A DNA stretch of 64,000 nt from a virus: positions 1-64,000 of IMG/VR virus record IMGVR_UViG_3300005529_000030; one strand, written 5' to 3'. Shown here one piece after another: positions 13,353-22,800 of this stretch. Within the stretch, counting starts at the first letter, position 1; each line of letters opens with the position of its first letter. The notes under the pieces are model-generated. The model did no database searches, was not told where the DNA came from, and saw only the letters and a list, made by a program, of their open reading frames with translations. A program made the translations under genes and the position numbers.

Positions 13353-16121
13353 ATGCCTTTGGCGGGATTAGAAAAAGGTAAAAATAATTTTATTAATAAG
13401 CGTATAAACGACCAAAAAAGTTTTTGGCCAGGATACGTTAAAAAATGGGATGAAGAAAACGGCGGAAAAAGATTTCGTTCAGAGATAATGTCTTTGTCGG
13501 AACTTTGGAAGCTTTATTTGACGGGAGTTAGTACGGAGCTTTCAGCGGAAGAAGAAGCTCGTGGTAAAAAACCCGACAAGATAGACAGAATAAGTCAAGT
13601 TGTTCCTATAAAAGCATTTGAGTTACCGGGCCGATTTCACGAGCCATACATAACCGAAGACGGGACTAGAATTCACAAGGAAGGTTGGGGATACCTTCAT
13701 TTCGACCAATGGTTATATGCGCGAGACCAAGCCAGAAAGGATTTGTTTTGGCTGTGTAAAGAAGTCTTCAGTATGGACTTGTATGAAGATGTACATAGGG
13801 TTGTATGCAATCAGTTTGTGAGTAAAAATTTCGACGGTGTTTATGAAGAAAATTACTCTCTAAGGGACTTTCATCGCGCTTTGTCTAATCAGAGTCGCGT
13901 TCCTACGATTTGGGCGGAAACGAAGCCATATGTGAATGGATATTTTCCTGAAAAAACTCTTGACGATTATGGAAATTATATAAGAGACCCAATAGAAGAA
14001 ACGAAACAAACAAATTTTGCTAAAACGATGATTCTTTTAGACCCTCGTGGGTTTTTTAAATCATCTATAGACGTTGCTGATTGTATTCAGTGGATTATTA
14101 ATTGCCCCGACATAAGAATTTTGATTGTTAGCGGAGTTAATAAACTAGCGGCTCAATTTATGGTGGGCGTTAAGCAAGGGCCGAAAGGAAAGTCATTCTA
14201 TCTTCCGAGAGGGGTTCCGCCGTCTCCGTTTCATTATTTATTTCCTGAATTTGTAGTTCGCGGAGTGGATGGAACTTCAAAAGAAGATTTCCGCGTTAAC
14301 GAAAATATAAAAAAACATCTAAGTTTGGACCCAACTCTCGGAATTATTTCAGTGGGTTCGTCTTTATCGGGTTTTCACTGCGACGTTTTGAAGTTTGACG
14401 ATATAGTTACAGACGATAACTGTCTAACAGAAGATGCGCGAGAAGCCATTCTTTTGAAAGCAGACGGCGCGGTCAATTTGTTAATGGATTGGGGTTGGCA
14501 CGATATTATCGGAACTAGATATTATCCCGATGATTATTACGGCCAAACAGAGGCAACTCACAAGAAAGACCCTGAGATGTTCAATCTTAAATTCTTTCAA
14601 AGGGCCTGTTGGACCGTCAAGGAAGAGTTTAAGGACGTAGAAGCTAGAAGTTTATATGACCTTACGGAAGATATGGTCACGTTGACTTTTCCTCAGAAGC
14701 ACCCTAAAGGTCCGCATTATTCTTGGTTGGAGCTAAGAGCCAAACTTAAGAATGAAAAAAGTTTTAGATGTTTTCCTGCTGGGTCAAAAGTTCTCATGGG
14801 TGATTGGACTGAGAAAGCAATAGAGGATATTAGGCCCGGTGACGAAATAATAGGTTTTGATAGCGGCTTAAAGAAGGCTGTTGTTACTCATGTTCACGAG
14901 AAGCGAGATTTAGTTTCCAAGTTTCTAACAGAACAGGGGCGTACTATCTTCTCGACAAGAGACCATAAATTTCTTCGACCTAATACAGGAAAAAAGAAAG
15001 TTTATGGACCTTTGAAAATAGGAACTAAAGTTGTTTCTGTTTATAGCCCGTCAGGAGAATTGCTTTCCAAACAATGCAGTCGAGATATGGATTGGCTTAG
15101 AGGCGGCTCATCTATAGATAAAATTATTTCTATAGAAGATTTGAACGAGCAGCCTGTTTACACTCTCACGACAACTACAGGAAATTATGTTTGCCAAGGT
15201 TTTGCTGTGGCTAATTGTCAGCAGCTTAATCAGCCTGTTTGGGGCGAAGAATCCACAATTAGTTTCGACAGGCCGTTATTGGAATCTAGGAAAACTAAAA
15301 CTTTATCGGAAGTTTTGTCTGTGCCCGGATATGTTTACGGCGCCATTGATTTGGCAAAAGAGAATAAACAGTTTTCCGATTATACCGCTCTAGCTATAGG
15401 AAAAGTGTACCAAGAAGGAGTCGGTATAATTCGTCCGGATGAAAACGGTAATCTTCCAGAAAGACCCGACGGAAAATGGGTCATGGTCATATTGGACGTG
15501 GAATTCGGAAAGTGGTCTCAAACTGAGATAGCTAACCGAATTGCTAAAATGAACGATAAATGGCGACCTAAAAGATGGTACGGAGAAGACCTTGGCGGAT
15601 TGCAGACCTTCAAAGAAAAAATAATAGAAGTGTCAAAAACAACTTATGGTCATTGGCCGTATATTCCGTGGGTTACACCCGATAACAACGAAAATTCAAA
15701 GAGAAATAGAATTAAGGGCGTTGAAATTCTTCTTAGAGCGTCAAGACTATATTTTCTAATTGCGCCTTGGAATGTGGATGTTTTTGAACAGCTTGAAAAT
15801 TACAAAGGTCAAAAAAGCACTCGTTATTCTAAAGACGATGTGCCCGATGTAATTTCCCTTCTAACGAAGTTTATTCCGTCTTTGGTCCCTCTATCGAAAA
15901 GAGAGATGGAGCAAGTGGCAATTCAAAGAGAGACGGAATACAAAGAATTGCTTAGAAGAGAAATAAAGAAAGTTGTTTTCGGGGACGACGGCGGGGGTTT
16001 CGGAGTGAATAATATTAATAGAATATGGACAGAAGTGGAGTCTCCCAAAGAAGACACTAATCGGGGTCCGATGGCGGACATTAGCCGAAAATTTTTCGGC
16101 GGTAATGGAATGCGAGCATGA
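13353..16121 (+). CDS. terL: terminase large subunit (intein-containing)
   Basis: Walker A PRGFFKS, Walker B DVLKFDD, GTRY coupling motif, RNase H-like GAIDLA..SDYTA and DDVPD. Confidence 0.9.
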   Translation: MPLAGLEKGKNNFINKRINDQKSFWPGYVKKWDEENGGKRFRSEIMSLSELWKLYLTGVSTELSAEEEARGKKPDKIDRISQVVPIKAFELPGRFHEPYITEDGTRIHKEGWGYLHFDQWLYARDQARKDLFWLCKEVFSMDLYEDVHRVVCNQFVSKNFDGVYEENYSLRDFHRALSNQSRVPTIWAETKPYVNGYFPEKTLDDYGNYIRDPIEETKQTNFAKTMILLDPRGFFKSSIDVADCIQWIINCPDIRILIVSGVNKLAAQFMVGVKQGPKGKSFYLPRGVPPSPFHYLFPEFVVRGVDGTSKEDFRVNENIKKHLSLDPTLGIISVGSSLSGFHCDVLKFDDIVTDDNCLTEDAREAILLKADGAVNLLMDWGWHDIIGTRYYPDDYYGQTEATHKKDPEMFNLKFFQRACWTVKEEFKDVEARSLYDLTEDMVTLTFPQKHPKGPHYSWLELRAKLKNEKSFRCFPAGSKVLMGDWTEKAIEDIRPGDEIIGFDSGLKKAVVTHVHEKRDLVSKFLTEQGRTIFSTRDHKFLRPNTGKKKVYGPLKIGTKVVSVYSPSGELLSKQCSRDMDWLRGGSSIDKIISIEDLNEQPVYTLTTTTGNYVCQGFAVANCQQLNQPVWGEESTISFDRPLLESRKTKTLSEVLSVPGYVYGAIDLAKENKQFSDYTALAIGKVYQEGVGIIRPDENGNLPERPDGKWVMVILDVEFGKWSQTEIANRIAKMNDKWRPKRWYGEDLGGLQTFKEKIIEVSKTTYGHWPYIPWVTPDNNENSKRNRIKGVEILLRASRLYFLIAPWNVDVFEQLENYKGQKSTRYSKDDVPDVISLLTKFIPSLVPLSKREMEQVAIQRETEYKELLRREIKKVVFGDDGGGFGVNNINRIWTEVESPKEDTNRGPMADISRKFFGGNGMRA
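14769..15215 (+). mobile_element. mini-intein (149 aa) in terminase
   Basis: Starts CFPAGSKV, TRDHKF block B, ends VYTLTT..GNY..GFAVAN/C; no full endonuclease. Confidence 0.85.
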
Positions 16122-18226
16122 CAGAACCGTTAAACGAGCACGCGCATAATGTATTAGAACAAAGAGTGATTACACCTGTAGCAGATATTACTTCTGCGGA
16201 AATACACAAAGATAAAGAAACAGGAACGTATCAGTTTTCAGATAGGGCCGCATTAAAATTGGTTCTAGATGATGCTTCTTTGGCTGATAATTATGCGAAT
16301 ATCAATCAGTGGGCATCGCAATGGGCGCAATCATTAATTCTCCTTCAGAGTCCGCAATCAGCGGCGGCTTTCGATGGAGTATTTATGAGTTCCGTTCCGA
16401 AGTTTACTCTATCGAATCATATAAGCAGTATTGTGCCTAAAATTATGGAGGGTTTGTTTTATGAAGACCCTCCTTTTTTACTTAGACCCAGACCAGGAAC
16501 TAAACAGGAACTAGTAAGAGCTAAAACTGCCTTATTTTCCGCCCAATTGTGGGACATGAAGTTTGAGGAAGAGGTTGAGGCGGGTTTAGAGCAAATGGCC
16601 CTATTCGGAACTTGCATATTTAAATGGGGATATTTAGAGCGAGATGACACTGTTAAAAAATACAGGAGAAAATCGGAAAAAGTTCCCCTTACTAGTGGTT
16701 TATTAAATGATTTAATTGATACTCCAGATAGTGACGATTATGAGATATTGACCGAGGTCGTTAAGATAAGTCGCCCATGGTTTAAATGTACTGACATTCG
16801 TACAGTTTTGGTTGACCCCGGCTGTCGTGTTGGAGATATACGAAAGGCGAAGTGGGTAATTTATCGTGACTACGCCACATTTGATGATTTAAATGCTCTT
16901 AGAGAAGTTCCCGGCTACGACATCCCCGATGAAGAAGCTTTGAAATCATTCTTTCTATCGAATGAAATGTCGGGGCCGGATAATATTACCATGACAATTC
17001 CAGAAGGCATGCGTGGATATTTACAGCAAGCCTTGCCTAGGAATTTCAGAACTTCTGCCGACCATTTACAGAACCCAATGGAAATTTTAGAGCGTTGGGA
17101 TGCTGATAAAGTTATTGTCGTATTGTCATTCGGCGGAAAAAATATTCTTATCCGAAACGAGCCTAATCCTTACGGAAAAATTCCGTTTTATAGTGCAAAT
17201 TGGCGTAATTTAGTTGATTCTTTTTACGGTCAGGGATTGGGACAATTAATAGGAGCCGAGCAAGTTGTAGAACAGGGTGTGACAAATCTTTCTCTTGATT
17301 TACTAGCTTATGGTTTGCAGCCAACGGCGGTTAGAAAGAAAGGGTTCAATGTTCCTACCCAAATGGTTAGATGGAAGCAGGGTGGAATTATTGACGTTGA
17401 TGACGACGTAGATAAAGCATTTAAGTTCTTGCAAATGCCGAATGTCCCTGGTGAGGCTTGGGCATTTATTCAGCAAGCTCAGGGTACCGCTCAACAAACA
17501 TCGGGCGCAAACGAACAGGTTATGATGGGCGCAGGCAGCGCAGGAATTAAAACAACAGGAATGCGTACTGCGACAGGAGCTTCGGCCATCATTCAGGCTA
17601 ATGCGTCTAGATTGGATGGTCCTAGCGGTCGTTTTGTAAGACAAGTATTTGTTCCTTGGTTGTATCAGATGGATGAACTTAATAATGACCTTCTTCCTAC
17701 GTCTGTTTTAAGAAGAGTTTTAGGCGAAGAGTTGGGCAATGAATACATGGTTGACCATGTAGAATTTAGAAACGCTAGATTTGAATATGAAGTTTTGGCT
17801 GGCGGTCATTTGGGGGCTAAAAAAGAAATGGCCCAATTTTTGCCGATTGTCGTTCAGCTTTTGAACAATCCTACATTTGTGAAAAACGTAAACGATGCGG
17901 GTTATCAATTTAATGCGGCGGCAATCTTTAAGGCTTTTGCTGATGCGGCAGGATGGAAGTTTAGTCAGGACTTCTTAGAAAAGATGACGCCGGAGCAACA
18001 GCAGAAATATGAAGCAAATTCTCCTGCTGCTTTGCAAGTAGCACAAGCGCAGATAGCGCAACAATTACAGACTCAGAAATTTGAGCAAGAAAAAGAACTA
18101 GAAGACCAACGTCAGCTTGGCAAGGCGGGAGCCGAAGTTCTTCGTCAAGCCACCGAACACAGTCTTCAAAGTGAAATAGGCAGAGAACCGCCGCCGGGGA
18201 GCTACGGTTTTGAAACAGCACTTTAA
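16118..18226 (+). CDS. portal protein
   Basis: 702 aa after terL; FGTCIFK, FYGQGL, RTATGA motifs. Confidence 0.85.
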   Translation: MTEPLNEHAHNVLEQRVITPVADITSAEIHKDKETGTYQFSDRAALKLVLDDASLADNYANINQWASQWAQSLILLQSPQSAAAFDGVFMSSVPKFTLSNHISSIVPKIMEGLFYEDPPFLLRPRPGTKQELVRAKTALFSAQLWDMKFEEEVEAGLEQMALFGTCIFKWGYLERDDTVKKYRRKSEKVPLTSGLLNDLIDTPDSDDYEILTEVVKISRPWFKCTDIRTVLVDPGCRVGDIRKAKWVIYRDYATFDDLNALREVPGYDIPDEEALKSFFLSNEMSGPDNITMTIPEGMRGYLQQALPRNFRTSADHLQNPMEILERWDADKVIVVLSFGGKNILIRNEPNPYGKIPFYSANWRNLVDSFYGQGLGQLIGAEQVVEQGVTNLSLDLLAYGLQPTAVRKKGFNVPTQMVRWKQGGIIDVDDDVDKAFKFLQMPNVPGEAWAFIQQAQGTAQQTSGANEQVMMGAGSAGIKTTGMRTATGASAIIQANASRLDGPSGRFVRQVFVPWLYQMDELNNDLLPTSVLRRVLGEELGNEYMVDHVEFRNARFEYEVLAGGHLGAKKEMAQFLPIVVQLLNNPTFVKNVNDAGYQFNAAAIFKAFADAAGWKFSQDFLEKMTPEQQQKYEANSPAALQVAQAQIAQQLQTQKFEQEKELEDQRQLGKAGAEVLRQATEHSLQSEIGREPPPGSYGFETAL

Positions 18227-18240
18227 AAAAGGATTAAACA

Positions 18241-18567
18241 ATGAATCAAACCCCGTTATTAGCCGATGAACTTACGGCTGCTCAACGTGCTGCATTAGCA
18301 TCGCTGATACAACATCCTGGATGGGCTGTTGTGGAAGAAATGCACATGGCTGCGTGTAGGAGAGCGACGGAAGATGTTTTAAAGCAAGACCCCGGATTGG
18401 AGGGCGCGGAAAAGAAAATTGTCGCCCTTCAACTACGGGCTAGAGAACGAAATGAATTTTCTCTTTTAATTCTTGGCTCTGTTAATTGGCACGCGAAAGC
18501 GTTAGCCGTATTAGAGCAAGAGAAAGAGATAAAGATGGACAATCCAATAATAAAAGGACTCAAATAA
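18241..18567 (+). CDS. hypothetical protein between portal and scaffold
   Basis: L..HPGW motif, synteny. Confidence 0.6.
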   Translation: MNQTPLLADELTAAQRAALASLIQHPGWAVVEEMHMAACRRATEDVLKQDPGLEGAEKKIVALQLRARERNEFSLLILGSVNWHAKALAVLEQEKEIKMDNPIIKGLK

Positions 18568-19758
18568 ATGACAGAACAACTTGCTCTTGTCCCAGAGAAT
18601 ATAACTTGGGATATGGTGAACGCATGGGACGGAAAAACCATGCGAAAATATATGTCTATTCCTGAGTACAGAGACGCAATTACCAAAGTAGTTGCATCTA
18701 GGTCGTATCAAGAAATTCAAGATTTGGCCGTTAAACAAGAGGAAACGGCATCAGAAGTGAATATTGAAAATTCGGATATTTCTACTAAAGATGCTTTGGC
18801 GGCTCCCGCAGCATTGGAAGATGCTGCTTCTAGTAAAACTACTACAGACTCAGCCCCAATTGCCGTGCCTGAACCTCCAAAAAAGATTATAGTGGAGTAT
18901 CAGGTCAGAGATGAAGATGGAAATCCTATTGGTAGGCCCACGCACTTAGAAGCCTACACCGAAGAAGAAATGCGAAAAAAGATAATCGAGGCGCATGTTC
19001 AGGCGACTCGCGCATTTCATCGTTTAAAGAAACAGAAAGTACAAAGCATTCAAGAAATATCTAAACAAGACGAACCGTCTTCTACTTCCCCTCGAACTAT
19101 GACTGACGAAGAGTTGATGGCCACGTTAAAAGATTTAAGGTCAGACGACCCTCAAATTCAATTGGCGGCCCATAAAAAGTTGATGCAATCTTATGAAGAA
19201 AAGGCCAAAGCAGAACGGGAAGCCAAGGAAGCCGAGCAGCGCGAATTTGAAAGGCAGAAGCAAGTAAGTATTGAGTTTTTGAAAAGACACAAACACGATT
19301 TTAATAATTGTCAAGCCAACGTGGATTTAATAGGCGAGTATTTTAAGGAAAATAAACTTCCTTGGACGCTTGATAATTTGGAAGTAGCTTTTATAGCTCT
19401 TGAAGATAGGCTGGCACCTGTAGCGACGCCAGCGGTAGAGGTATTACCAGAGCCTAATCCGCCTGTTCCTCAACCAACAGCTACGACAACAGCGGCGGCG
19501 GTTGTGCAGCCGACACCGACTGTGCCTGTCGCTCCTCCGCAGCCAATTAATTCGGTTGCGGTTCCGAGACCAGGAGTCAATGGGGGTATTGTTCCGGGAC
19601 AAACTTCAGCACCGCGCCCGTCGCAAAAACCTCAAGGACTAACGATGGAAGAAATCCTTTCTTGGGATGCTCAAACCATGCGAGCGAAAATGCGTTCGCC
19701 GCTACGTGCAGAAATAGAGCGCGTAACAATGGAAGCGCGACTAAGAAGAGGACGGTAA
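18568..19758 (+). CDS. putative capsid scaffolding protein
   Basis: Coiled-coil + Pro-rich linker, repeated W-D-x-x-TMR ends, position before capsid gene. Confidence 0.6.
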   Translation: MTEQLALVPENITWDMVNAWDGKTMRKYMSIPEYRDAITKVVASRSYQEIQDLAVKQEETASEVNIENSDISTKDALAAPAALEDAASSKTTTDSAPIAVPEPPKKIIVEYQVRDEDGNPIGRPTHLEAYTEEEMRKKIIEAHVQATRAFHRLKKQKVQSIQEISKQDEPSSTSPRTMTDEELMATLKDLRSDDPQIQLAAHKKLMQSYEEKAKAEREAKEAEQREFERQKQVSIEFLKRHKHDFNNCQANVDLIGEYFKENKLPWTLDNLEVAFIALEDRLAPVATPAVEVLPEPNPPVPQPTATTTAAAVVQPTPTVPVAPPQPINSVAVPRPGVNGGIVPGQTSAPRPSQKPQGLTMEEILSWDAQTMRAKMRSPLRAEIERVTMEARLRRGR

Positions 19759-19803
19759 TCCTAAGCGGCGCGTAACGCCGACTATAGCACGAGGGAACTT
19801 CAC

Positions 19804-22800
19804 ATGGCTGGAGGCCCAAACCCGGCAATTGCTAATGTCGGGAATATATTAACGGCTCAAAGCATCCTCAAGTAAGGGGCTGTTTCGAGGGAAACAGAAA
19901 TCTTCTCTGATTGACTTGGAACCTGAAATGGCGACAAGGCGGAAGCGCAAGCACCGTGAGAGACTAAGCGAGAAGACACCTAAAAGGTGATACGATAGTC
20001 CGTTCTAATAGGAAAGAAAACTGTTAGGGAAAAACGCTTTGATAAGGAGCTAATCCCGAACTTATTTTTATAGAGTGAAATGCCGAAATTTGATAATCTT
20101 ACTGGAGTGAAATTCGGACGCCTGACGGTTATAAGCAGAGCACCAGACGCCGTTTCTAAATCTGGTTTCGTATATACAAGATGGAATTGTTTGTGCGATT
20201 GCGGAAAAGAGAAAACGATATATGCTGGTTCTTTAAAAAGAGGAGTAACCGTTTCTTGCGGTTGCCAACTTAAACAAGTTTGGCGACGAATAGGTCTTTC
20301 CAGTATCAAACACGGCGGCAGTTCAAAAGATGCGTCGGTAGATAAAAAAATACAATTTCAAATTTTACAACATATCCGTCAGCGAGCCAGAGCCAACGGA
20401 TATGAAACTGATTTAGAATTATCGGATATACCTGAAGTTCCTGATGTTTGTCCGGTTCTCGGAATTAAACTTAAAAAAGGAAAAGGTCCTCTATCTGATT
20501 TTTCTGTATCTATTGATAAAATCAATCCTAATTTACCGTATCTTAAAAAATACAAAAATAATTTGCGATTGATTTCATATAGAGCTAATCGTATTAAAAA
20601 CGACGCTACTATTGATGAATTGGAAAAAATCATTCTATATATAAAAATGAGCCGCTCTGAAGAGAGCGAGAATCTTCTCTGATTGACTTGAAACCTGAAA
20701 TGGCAACAAGGCGGAAACCGAAAAGGTGCCGTGAGAGACTAAGCGAGAAGACGCCGAAACGGCGATGCGATAGTCCGCTCTAACAAGAATAAAATTGTTA
20801 GTTAACAACAGGAAAGGGAGAAACGGATGCATTTGTTGTTGCCGCCGAGCGTCGTGTTCAACCGAATAACACTGGTATTAACCGCCAGTTTTTTCAGTAC
20901 AATACGCTTGTAGGTGACACAACCCAAGCTGGTGATGGTGTTATCGGAGCACCAGAGTTCATTGGTCAGATTTCATCTCCGGCTCAACTGGGCGAATGGA
21001 ATAACTATACCAACTTTAGCGCGTTTGTTGTTGCGAGCGCACTAGATGATTTGGTTGGAAACAGCGCAGTTGAACTTGGGTAAAACTTGATGCCCAAGTA
21101 AAATCACGTTATATCAGATTAGGTCTTTTTCTAAAAAGATGAGTCTGAGACATTGTATATTGCCTTAAGGCAGAAGAGGAACTAGAAGTGCAAAGAAAAT
21201 CTTGGCCGTATGTGGCCGGAATATTGGATGCCGAAGGAACTATTGTTATTGGCGAAACAAACGGTGGTTTTTATTCTAAAATAAAAATTTCCAACACCAA
21301 CAAAAAGTTAATGAAGTGGTTGGTTCAAAATTTTGGAAATGTTTTTTATAAAAACCTAAATTCAAGAAGTAATAGAAGTGTTTTATATGAATGGAATTGT
21401 TTAGCCAATCAACAAGAGGCTTTTCTTTTAGGCGTTTTGCCGTTTTTATTGGTTAAGAAACCTCAAGCTTTGACTTTGCTTGAGTTCAGAAGAACCGAAT
21501 CGTTGGAAGAAAAAAAGAAGTTGTGCGACAGAATAAAACAGCAGAATCAGCGTCTTATTGAGAATAAAACTTCTTTTATTAATTCTCATAACAAAGACCG
21601 TTTTAAATATGCTGCCGGATATATGGATGGAGACGGTGGTTTTTATTTCGGAGATTCGAGCCATACAAGAATATATCTAACGAGCATAGATTTTATAATT
21701 ATAAAATGGTTTTTAGCTAATTTTGGCGGTAAATTCTATAAATACAATTCTTCTAATGAAAATCATTCTGACTACTTTAGGTGGGTTCTTAGCGGACGGA
21801 AAAATAAAAAGTTGTTTTTGCTTGGAACTATCCCGTACATGATTTTGAAGAGGGAGCAAGCAAAAAATCTTTTACAAATTATAGATTCTAGTTCTGTTCA
21901 AACGACTAATACACGTGAGATTTCCTCGTCGGAAATCAAGAAAGAGTCTTAACTTATTGGTGACAATAAGAGCTTAATTTCTGTGAAGAAAATTAACTAA
22001 AAACATTTAATCAGGCTGGCCAAAGCATCTCTCAGTTATACGCTGCCGTTGCAGACAGCGCAGCAACTGTAGATTCTCAGGTAAACCAAAGCAGCTTGTT
22101 AACCTCTCCATTTGTTTTGGATTTGGCTACGTTACGTGAATTGAAACAGCAGTTAGTTTCAAAGAACGTACTACCAAACCGAAATGGAAGGTTCGCAGGA
22201 GTTATTTCGCCTAACGTTTTGGGCGATATTTTCAACTCGACCACAGTGAACAACTCCATCAACTAAGGTGGACATTTAACGAAAGTTAAATTGAATAAAT
22301 CAGTTCTAATTGACTCGAACCCTGGGATGGGAACGAGGGCCAAGCGAGACGACGCAGGCTGAGAGAACAAACGAACTGACTCCCAATAGGGAGATGCAAT
22401 GTTCCGTTCTTGTGAGAATCATTCTTTTGATTGGAGAAAAATTCGGTCGTTTACTAGTTATCAAAAAAGCGTTTTCCAAACATGGACGCTCTCGTTGGAT
22501 TTGTCAGTGCGATTGTGGTAAAACTTATAACGTTTTAGGTCACAACCTTCGCAAGGGAAAAACTAAAAGTTGTGGATGCTTGCGAAAAGAGTCGGCACGT
22601 AATTTAATCAGTTTCGCCAAGGAAAAAAACTTTTTAAGTCCTGGCGAAGCGGCCTTTAACGTTATGTATTATACGTACAAACAGCACGCAAATGAACGAG
22701 GATTGGATTTTAGTTTGGAAAAAGATAGTTTTCGGCATTTAACACAAATGAATTGTTATTATTGCGGAGACGAGCCGAAGGATTTTTTCAAGCCTAAAGC

